DNA of 64,000 nt, from the NCBI RefSeq assembly GCF_026571515.1, contig NW_026857880.1, positions 186,001 through 250,000 on the forward strand. Reading direction: 5' to 3'. Shown piece by piece: positions 53,822 through 64,000 of the stretch. Origin of the DNA: Ruditapes philippinarum (taxonomy: Eukaryota). A model generated the notes under the pieces. That model was given only the letters and a program-made list of their open reading frames with translations. It was not told the origin of the DNA and searched no databases. The stretch's first letter is position 1. Every line of letters starts with the position of its first letter. Position numbers and translations under genes: made by a program.

Positions 53822-54571
53822 CACTTGCATGGTGGCATGTTTCTGCATACAGTTAACGATATAGTTATCGCGTTAAAGTATCCGATTAACTAGTAAGTTT
53901 TCATTTTTAACATAATCAATAACATACATTTATCAGAATAACTAGATATTATTTCTGTTAGATAGATAATAACGAATTCCAAAAAAGAAGAAGAACAAAA
54001 CATTAAAAAGTGCCCACTTACCAGTTAAATAATAGATACTAAAAACGTTTGAGTTTGTATCAGGTAATCATTTGTATTATTAGAAAATATTTAGTTTTCA
54101 TCACTATTATTTAGTCTTGGCTTGCTATTTTTTGGCAACCATGAAGACTATTTCATCTTTTGTTTGTCGTTACAAAGGCAACTTGCAACAAAGAAAAGGT
54201 CGTGTGTTAAATTTGAGGTATTCTTAAAACATATACAGTCTTTTTTACTGTTACAATTTAAGAATATATGACATCGGTTATTAAGATGATAGTACTTACG
54301 TCAAGCAAAATTAACAATGCCCCCTATTCCCTTTCCCTATTCCCTTTCATTTCCTTCTGTAGTAACACTGCTTTAAAACAAAACAAATGTTACGTAAAGT
54401 TGCGATTTGTTCTTCATGATAATATATAGATATATGTGGCAAAAACCTGAGAAAGTATTAAATGATGAACCGCTGACCAGAAACAAACAATTCAATATGT
54501 TTTTGTTTTTGTTTTTTTAATAATCAATAATAATCAAATACGACGGTTTAATTTCAGTCCGTACAATATCT

Positions 54572-56132
54572 AAAACAAGAGGGTCATGATGGCTCTGAGT
54601 CGCTCACCAGAAACAACTGTTTTTCTGTGTTCGAAATTATTTTTGAAATGAACTTGCTGAAAGGCAAGTCCAGCTCTGTCGCAAGTTCAGCTCAACTTTA
54701 ACTAATAAACTTTCACAACACTTATTGTTTGGGTTTTTTCTTCATAATAAACAATAGCGCCATTAAGATGGTCCTAGATCACTCATATAACCCATCATTA
54801 TACTATGTTAATTGAAATCTTTTGCAAGACTGCTTTCATTATGAAAGATATATTTATAAAGAAGCTGTGTATCCAGTGTCATTTTTTTTAATATTTAATT
54901 TGAGAATAGAATATCTTTAAAATATAGTATAAAGAAATGGCATGGACTGAGATACTTAAGCTTTAGCGGCCCCTACAAGGGGCAATCAAGTTAATTTGAG
55001 CAAATTTGATAAAAGACTACCTCAAAATGCTGTAGACACAATTTGATGACCATGCATCAATTATTTCAGTAGGAAATGATGTTCAAAGTTTTTCCAACTT
55101 TTAGCTTTTCATTAGTGGCCCCTAAAAGAGACCAGTCAAATTAATATGAGCAAACTTGATAAAATAATACCTAAGAATTCCACAGACAAAATTTGGTAAG
55201 CATCCAATTAGTTCTGTAGAAGGAGACGTTTAATGGTATTTCTATTTTCAGCTTTAGCAGCCCCTTTAATATGAGCAAACTTGAAAAAAGACGACCTAAG
55301 AATGCTACAGACAAAGTTTGGTGATCATCCATCAATTAGATTTCGCGCCCCCTAAAATGGGCCAATCAAATTAATATGAGCGAACTTGATAAACTAACTA
55401 AGAATACTACAGACAAAATTTGGTGATCATCCAGCAATAAGTTCTGTAAAAGGAGGTATTTCTATTTTAGCTTTAGCTTTAGCGGCCCCTAAAACGGACA
55501 AATCAAATTAATATGAGCAAACTTAATAAAGCACTGCCTAAGAATGCTACATAATCATCCATTAATTAGTTCTGTGAAAGCAGGCGTTTAAATGTATTTC
55601 TATTTTTAGCTTTAGTGGCCCCTCGAAGGGGCCAATCAAATTCATATGAGCAAATTGATAAAAAAAACTACCGTACGTAGAATGCTACAGACAAAGTTTG
55701 GTGATCATCCATCAATATGTTCTGTAGTAAATATTTAAATGTTTTTTTTTCTTCTATTTTTAGATCTGAGACCCCTTAAAAAGGCCAATCAAATTAATAT
55801 GAACAAATTTGATAATAGACTACCTAAGAATGATACAGACAAATTTTGGTGATCATCCATCATTTAATTTAGTAGTAGAAGAGGTTTAAATGTTTCTTCT
55901 ATTTTAAGCTCTGTTGACCCCTAAAAGGGACCAAATGAAATGAAATGACACATTTAAGTGTGACTTTCACAATGATGCTACAGACCAAATTTGAGGTAAT
56001 TTCAGATAAATCTGCCCAGCAGTTTCAGAGTAGAAGATGACTGTTGACGCATGACGACGGACGACGAACGCCGGAGTATCCCCCTTTCATACTAATAGCT
56101 TACCCTGAACCTTCGGTTCTGGTGAGCTAAAA
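54572..56132. mobile_element. Helentron/HINE-like element with ~125-bp tandem units; empty site visible in the paralogous block
   Basis: aaaacaagagggtcatgatggctct...cgctcacc start; units gcccct...ccaatcaaattaatatgagcaaac; end hairpin ctgaaccttcggttctggtgagct plus A-tract; the flanks join to match ~36708-36735. Confidence 0.85.
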
Positions 56133-56789
56133 ATGTAGACACAGTCTTGCTTAACCTTTAGTTAAATATAAGACGAAACCAAGCGCCGTTGTCAAAATAT
56201 CAATTAATATGCTCTACTACTCTACAACCACAAGTAATTCAATGTAAAATTTAAAGGAGCTCTTCTGAAGTACAAAAGCTTGATGCTTTACATATATGAA
56301 TTGGACCATTTAAAAGTGTATAAAGCTATGCATCTATGCGTCTTTTGTTTGAATTTTAGAAAATAATACTTCCAAATGCTTAAAAGCGTAAGATCACTGC
56401 TAATAGAAAAAAAACACTACTTAAAAATACAAAATCTAGCAGAATAATACTTTGTTCCGTTACATTTTATTTTGTTTACGTACACTATTCATGTGTGTTA
56501 AATCAGAAATTTCTCATAAATGATAAAACCATTGATAAATTTTATATAAATATTTCAGAAGATATAGCTTCATCCCCTTAAACATACACATATGCAACTG
56601 ATTCACAAATATACTCTGGAATAAATTAAAAACCGTATTTTTGTGCTTTTCTTAGCCCGATTTGAGTTAAAAGCGTTGCAACTTTTCAAATTTGGGTCAT
56701 TTTTCACAATTAGTATAATTATCGTATAAAAACAGAATTAGCAAATGATTTAAATTATGGATGTAAACCTTCATCAAATACAACATTAA

Positions 56790-57381
56790 CCTTTTACCCC
56801 ATGAGCATATTGCGAAAAATGGCCGTTTTCATTGAAAAGTCTCCTGTAACAACTGCTATGAAACTATGAAAAATGCTTCAATACTGATGAAACTTGGCAC
56901 AAATGTTGACTACACCATATCCTCTGTAACAGCATGCTCAATCGTAAATTTCCTGTTACCATGGTAACGGGTGGACGTCTCAAATTGCCAAAAATCACTA
57001 TTTTGCATTGTTTTTTCCATCAAAACTGATTTCAATGAATTGAGATAGAGTAAAAGGCTTTTCAGCGTCGGTTACTAGTTACCCTAAGATCGACCTGAGG
57101 CCATTTTTAGCCTGTCACATGTCCAAAATTTTCTTGGCGATGAGGGGTACTCCGCCCCCCTTCAAACCCCACAAACAAAAGGGGGCACATCCCCTTCTGG
57201 CAACCCCCTGATGTAACATTTGGATGGGGGACGGCGCCGAAAAAATGGTCACTTTTAACAACATTTCAAAACGAAAACCAGTGTTTGGGGCTTAAATAGG
57301 GCATTTTTTCACTGTTTGAAGCCTCAAAAAGGGGGGGGGGGGGCAAAAAGCCGTCGAAATACGCTTATATGAGGGAAAAGG
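56790..57381. mobile_element. piggyBac-like MITE, TTAA TSD
   Basis: ttaa|CCTTTTACCCCAT ... ATGAGGGAAAAGG|ttaa; homologous to 32536-33138. Confidence 0.8.
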
Positions 57382-58050
57382 TTAATCTCTGGTCATGTAA
57401 AAAAACTCAGGTAGAGTTCCTTTAACATTCTTTTTTTTTTTTTGAAAGTCACACAAATACGATTCGTAATGTGATCTTCACCTTTCTTTAATAAATATGC
57501 AGTTTTATTGTTTAGCTATACTGTAAATGTTAGATAGCTTGTTCTAATTCTTTACTTTAACGGAATTTGTAATGTGATACAAAACTAAAATATATTCTTT
57601 ATTTAGTGCAGTATTAAAATTCATTCTATTTCACTAATGATAAAAATGTAGCTTGCTTTTTCAAATAGTTTTTATAATCTGCCCAACTAACGAACAACCA
57701 ATAGTGTCGTATTTGTAAACATGTGCTCGTAAATCTAACTTGGTCGAAGTCTTATTTCTCTTGTTGGACGGAATATAGAGGTCATCGCTTTGGCCAATTA
57801 TTTATTTCGATAGAAAATTATCAATTAGTACTAGTATGGGTATTTTGATGAAGATTTTATGAACATTGGTTAATTTTCCCCCGACTCATCATATGGTTAG
57901 AACAATAAATGAAAATACATAAATATCTAAAAAAAACATGTATATAACTTTTTAAAATTGAAATTTCTGAATTTTCACATGTTTTTATTTGTTTGACATT
58001 TCAACCGTTTTTAATTAGTATAATAATAACCGTGAACTAAATAAGTTTCT

Positions 58051-58051
58051 T

Positions 58052-58094
<43 letters not shown>

Positions 58095-58096
58095 TT
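58051..58096. repeat. (TTTA)n microsatellite
   Basis: Direct reading. Confidence 0.95.
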
Positions 58097-58762
58097 GTTG
58101 AGCAAATGACAATATCACGAACCTGGGCATAGAATATGTATTTAAAAGTAAAATATTACCTCAACTATAAATAAATAAATGAAATACTGAAACAAGTATT
58201 TTAGACTCATAAAAACGCTCCTTAAATTTAAAGCAATAATTGAGGCCAATACACAATAAATTAAAGTGTGCATACAGTTTTCGTTAGTGCAAAAAAGGTA
58301 TGCAATAATATATCAATATCAATAATTGAATGGCATGTCACATACCAGACGTATCTTGTTTTTCAAACTTGAGATTATAGATAGTTGCTACATAAATATT
58401 TTTCGATATAATAGAATCCATTATGCCGGTTGCACAAATGCACCTACCTGTAATAATATCAGCTTCAAAATTTCACAAAAGAACCTTAAAATTATAACAA
58501 ACGGTTTTGACAACAACGTTTTCACGTGGAACGTTTCTTTTTTCTTTTTAAAGTTTGAATAGTTTTTTTATAAAGGTTTTTTTTATATCATGAGATATGC
58601 TAAGTGTAATTATATAGATTTTTATATATCATATTGCTATAAACAATATTTTCGCCTTAGAAACGCCGCAAACTTTAAAAAGGTTGGAAGTATAAACAAG
58701 AAAAAAAGAACGCATACTTCCTAATGTTTTAGAAGCAATAACGATTGTTTCTTTCACTTTTT

Positions 58763-58767
<5 letters not shown>

Positions 58768-58812
<45 letters not shown>
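58768..58812. repeat. 45-nt poly(A) run
   Basis: Direct reading. Confidence 0.9.
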
Positions 58813-58814
<2 letters not shown>

Positions 58815-59161
58815 ACCCGATTCAATATTTATAACCGTACTCAGGTCAAATACATTACTTACGTAATTATTAGATTATTGTTCAACTGAAATGAAGTGTG
58901 TTAAAGAATTCGACATATATATGTGTTTAAATTGTTTTTCGTAAATATGTTTTGCGTATTATGTATGAACTATATTATAAATTTGTGTTGCTCTCTGCTG
59001 TACACGTGGGTAATTGTATGTACTGTAATTTACATGTATTTTCTTCTGTATTTGAATGTATGTAAGTATGTATGTATGAATGTACGTACGTACGTACGTA
59101 CGTACGTATGTATGTAAACAAAATATGTAAATAAAACCGATAGATAGACATATTGATGTAA

Positions 59162-59287
59162 CCACAGGTACTTGAAACAAACTATATTTAATGTTCTATA
59201 TAGGCTATATTCTATAATAAGACTTATCTTATTATAGTATATAGCCTATATAGAACATTAAAAATAGTTTGTTTCAAGTACCTGTGG
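59162..59287. repeat. Near-perfect ~126-bp palindrome (fold-back MITE-like)
   Basis: ccacaggtacttgaaacaaactat...atagtttgtttcaagtacctgtgg; flanks atgtaa/atgtag. Confidence 0.8.
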
Positions 59288-59679
59288 ATGTAGCAGTGGT
59301 TCCTAAAATAAATGGTGTTGTATAACAATTTATCACTTAACAAATTAACTTAATATAGAATCATACAGCAGATTTCATATCCTTCCGTGAAGTTTTTAGT
59401 CGGTGTCTGATCCCAACAAATTAAAGAATGGGTGCGTTAATACGAAAAGTCATGCATAATGTCAAACACGAATGAGTAAATACGCCTTGTTTGACTTATC
59501 ATATTTCATGTATATCGTATTTTACTTATTCACACCTTATATTATAGTTATTCATAAATATTTCTATAATGCGTTAATGTATTTTTATAAATTAATAAAT
59601 TAATTTCGATAGTTTTGGTACAATAACATTGACGATATACCATTTCTTTTGAAAAGCAGTAGCGTTCGAATTAATCTTC

Positions 59680-60901
59680 TACGGAATACCGTAAAGGCCA
59701 TCGTGGTTATACGTTAAAATACAGAGGGCGATCATGCGATAGTGCATTGATGACAATACGATAGTGCGATGACGATGCAACAGTGCGATGGCCACAATGC
59801 GATAACGCGATAGTACGATGACGACAGGTCGATAGTGTTATCGCACTGTCGCCATCGCATTGTCGTCATCGCACTTTCGTTTTGTCGTCATCGCACTATC
59901 GCATTGTCGTACTGTCGTCATCGCATTATCGCCATCGCATTGTCGCCATCGCGTTGTCGTATTGCCGATTATCGCCTTCCGGTGGCCGGCTCTAAACTGC
60001 TGACGAATAAGCTGACGGTATAGAATATGGGAAAATAATTTTACTTTTGTCAATAGATTTTTTTCACCTTGTTTTTTCTCTTTTTCTTTGTTTGTTTCTT
60101 TTTCCTTTTTTTTGTATACAGAAAACGTCTAAATAAAATTATAAATTAATAAAAAGTAACATTTTAAATGAAAAGATAGGGGGGAAATACTTTAAAAAAT
60201 TTAATAAACTATGTGAAACTTTAAAAAAAGTCGAAAGATTTCAGATGAAAATGATGTTATATTGACATTTAAAAGATGCCAAAAATGGTTAATGGTCAGT
60301 AGTGCACAGAGGATATTTAAGTTTTTTCTATAAATAAATGATTTATTTAATCTACGTATAATCGAGTGGTATGAAAATAAATATTATATGAGTTGCGGTA
60401 TTATTATATATTTTTTTCTCTTTTTGACATTACAATTTGAAAGAATTTCCATTAAATTTTGTATATCTGCTAAATCTAGAAGCAAGACACGAAAAATATG
60501 TTTCATTGCAGTGAAGAACATATTTTTATAGTGTAAATACGTCAGCTTATTCGTCAGCAGTTTATAATTGACAACCGAAAGCGATAGCTGACAATGCGAT
60601 AACGCAATGGCGACCATACTATAGTGCGATGACGACAGTGCGATGCGATGACGACAGTGCGAAAATGCAATTACGACAATACGACAGTGCGATGACGACA
60701 ATGCGATAGTTCGATGGCGACAGTACGATAGTGCGATGGCGACAACGCGATAGTATTATCGCACTATCAATTGTCGCCATCGCAATATCGCACTGTCGTT
60801 ATCGTACTGTCGCCATCGCACCATCGTCGTCATCGATCCGTCGTATTGTCGTCCTCGCACAGTATAAAGTATTACCACGATGGGCATAACGGTATTCCGT
60901 A
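59680..60901. mobile_element. TAC..GTA element with ~340-bp TIRs built from self-inverted ~30-bp arrays (IS3EU-like termini)
   Basis: TACGGAATACCGT ... ACGGTATTCCGTA; inner TIR edges ctgctgacgaataagctgacg and cgtcagcttattcgtcagcag; no TSD recognisable. Confidence 0.7.
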
Positions 60902-61527
60902 CGTTACTGGGTGTACTATTGTATAATTAGTGCGAAAATGTGATATAAATGTTTATTAAGGGAAGCCACCTGAAACGTACATCGGCGACTCTCCCCAGAA
61001 CACTTTTACTAATTTTATTTACATGGTCTCAAAGAAACAGCTATTTATCTGGTTATTTTATGTGTTAATTTAAAAACACCATTATCCGACTGAACCTGTT
61101 TTCTTACGTCTTATCCTAGAAATTTTAGTTGGAGAAGCTGGTATTCTAAATGTTCCGCTGATCGGAACGATGTTTGCCATTTTGTAAACGACCATCCGAG
61201 TACCCATATAGGGTTTCAACAAATCCTCAAAGTGGTTGTGGAGACTACATGTTTCTATTTATAGATCTAAATCATTCATGAAACCAAAGCTGTTTTTCTT
61301 GTAACAAGAGTAGTTTCACCCAGTTTGTAAAATTCCGTCCACTCATTAAGCAAGATATATTGTTTAAAGTTTATTTCTGTATCACAAATGGCAGCCATCT
61401 TGTCGTGTCCGATTTAAGCAATTTTCGTAAAGGACCACAAACGACATGAAATCATTCTGGCTGTTTCGGTCCAAATATACTGCAAATTCGCCAAGAAAGT
61501 TGTTTAGATAATTCCTAGCTAAAGTTC

Positions 61528-64000
61528 AACAAGACATGCCCACGGGCAGAATGTCGATCCCGCTTGTCTTAATTAAACAATGAATCTATAAGCTTCAGAT
61601 CAAGGAGAAAGATTTATACATAGGTGAGATGTGTGCAACACTTCCTCTTTATACCCAAGGAAAAATCTTGACATTACATCATCTAAGGTGACCTTGACCT
61701 TTGTCCCTTAAATCATGTGATATGAAATTTCCTCCATGCACAAAGAAATTATGGCATGGACAAGTTTGGATGCACACACACGCACGCACGCACACACGCG
61801 CACAACGAACGCACTGGTCAACAGACGCACGCACGCATCACAAACACTGAACAGCAATTTTGACAATATGTAAAGCGGGCTTAAGACAAAATTGCTATGA
61901 CCTTTAAGCATGATACTTCAAAGTATAAGCAAGATATAGTTCGGACAACAATATTTTGATATTTCTATTTGACATCTGACATCTTGTGACCTTGACCTTA
62001 TTTTGGACAAAACAACTCATTTCAACATGGAGGACATTTATGCTAAGTTATATTAAAATCCACCTATGTAAATAGAAGTAATACTCGCAAATGAAGTTTT
62101 TCCGTTATTTGACCTTTGACTGCTAAGTGTGACCTTCACGTAAACACAGGCACCTGAATTTTTCGCGCAACACCACACTATGGAAAACATTTGTCCCTAG
62201 TTTTAATAAAATGCCTCCATGCATATAGAAGTAACGCTCCGGACACGGGTTTTGCGCTTACCCTGAAGTGTGACCTTGATCTTTGTGCGGTGGACCTGGA
62301 CCTTGTGCGTGCCAAACACCATCCCATCATGCTTGACATTTGTTCCAAATTATTTTGTAATCCTTCCAGGAATGACCAAGATGTAGACCGGATGTATACA
62401 CAGACGCGCATACACCGAACTTTACGCAAAAATGTGACGACTAAGTTGAGCTCACGGCAAGCGGGCTTGACAAAAATGGGTCATGTAGGGTTAAAAACCT
62501 GGTCACTCAGTCCAAATATGGAAAAGCCTTGTTCACAATCTAAAGCACAAATGTTTGGATGATTACATGCTCAAGTTCGAATATGGATTATCTAGTCCAC
62601 ATCGTCAAAATAAAGAAAATTCAATGTAAACAATCTGGACACATTGTATATCATTTTCAGCCATAATATACTGATAATTTTTCAGAAAGGTTGTTTGAAT
62701 GTATTTTAGCCTAAGTTTGAATATTGGTCACCTTAGGTCACAGAGCCAAAATATGAAGAAGAAAAAACAACGAACAAGCCCAAATATGAAAAAACAACAA
62801 AACAAACAAAAACTCGATGATTTCTAGCTACTTAAGTTCGAATATGGGTCATCTGGGGTAAAGAAACACTAGGTCACAGAGTCAAAACATTTCGGTTTCA
62901 TTTTCAGTCAATCCTGGAAATCAAGGTTGTTTTGGTGATTTCTGGCTCTAGTTCGAACATGGATTATCTAGGGTCAAAAAGAAGGTCACACACAAAGATG
63001 GAAAACCTCGTGAACACTTTAGATGTTACATTTTCACCCCAAATATAATGGGTATTTGTCAGAAAGTTAGATATAATTTATTGGTCAATTTTGAATCTTG
63101 TTCATCTGGTGTCTACAACTAGGTCACACAACCCAAGTAAGCACTGTGAAGGTAACATTTTCAAATTTTGTTTGTAAAACATGTATGCCCCGTATCAGCA
63201 GTAAATTAGCCATGTGGTCAGGTTATTGTGACTGACTTTTAACCTAGTGTAAAATCAATAGGGATTATCTACTGGACATGACTGTTAAGTTGGTAATTGT
63301 GACCGTAAAGGTTGTGTGCAGCAATACTATGACAAAGTTATCACAAATCTTACCAAATAACATATGCATAAATTTCATGAATCATGGCCTCCTTAATGAC
63401 AGCCTATATGTTATATTACATTAAACCTTGTGTATACCAAAAGCATTTTTAGTTAAATTGAAAATATCAACCAAGGCAACTTGAGTTGTTGAGATATTGG
63501 TCGTAATCCGTTTTTTAGTACAAGGTCAATGTGACTTTGACCGTTGACCCTTATATAAATAGGGTTTTTTCTACTAGCCAAGACCAATGTACCTGTGATG
63601 TTTGAAGGTAATGGGCCCATGAGTTGTTGAGATATTAATCAGAAAGCGTTTTTACATATAAGGTCAATGGCAACTTGACCTCTGACACCTTGACCCAAAC
63701 AATCAATTGATGTCAATGTCTGAACAAAAACAATGCCTCTGTGAAGTTTGGAGGTCAATGGTTCATGGGTGGTCAAGTTATTGACAGGAAACCGTTTTGA
63801 CATACAAGGGCAATATGACCTTAACGTTTGACCCCCTAACTCCAAAATCAATAGGGGTCATCTACTGGCCAAGACAAATGCACATATGCAGTAAGACGGC
63901 CAAGGGCACATGGGTTGTCATGTTATTATTTACAAAGTCAATATGACATTGACCTTCAATCCCTCGACCCCATAAACAAAAGTGGTCATCTACTTGCCAA
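61528..64000. mobile_element. Cluster of nested or adjacent degenerate HINE-like elements
   Basis: aacaag...tcccgc start; gtgaccttgacc units; gcgggcttgacaaaaa end at ~62475; further aggtcac and ttgaccc arrays up to the window end. Confidence 0.65.

Overview
AT-rich, intron-containing eukaryotic DNA. The repeat landscape (Helentron/HINE-type elements with tandem arrays, tRNA-head SINEs, many MITEs) suggests a bivalve mollusc; this is inference. Four host genes can be fully spliced by hand: a 4-exon secreted VWC-type cysteine-rich protein (-), a sarcoplasmic calcium-binding (SCP/EF-hand) gene (-), and two tandem-duplicated 3-exon claudin/PMP22-like tetraspan genes (-). A second, intact SCP-like terminal exon lies on the + strand, and I could not find its first exon. 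The main feature is a 5,044-bp Sola1-type DNA transposon (19963-25006) with perfect 30-bp TIRs and an ATAT TSD. It carries a separate PHD-finger ORF joined to the transposase ORF by TTT-TAA-G-ATG. That junction is compatible with a +1 shifty-stop fusion, termination-reinitiation, alternative splicing, or a simple 1-nt lesion. The rest is nested non-autonomous transposons (TAY..RTA with 6-bp TSD, TGT..ACA with 6-bp TSD, piggyBac-like, Sola-like MITEs, hairpin elements), a decayed CR1-type LINE, SINEs and simple repeats. Family names come from motif and structure recognition, not database searches.
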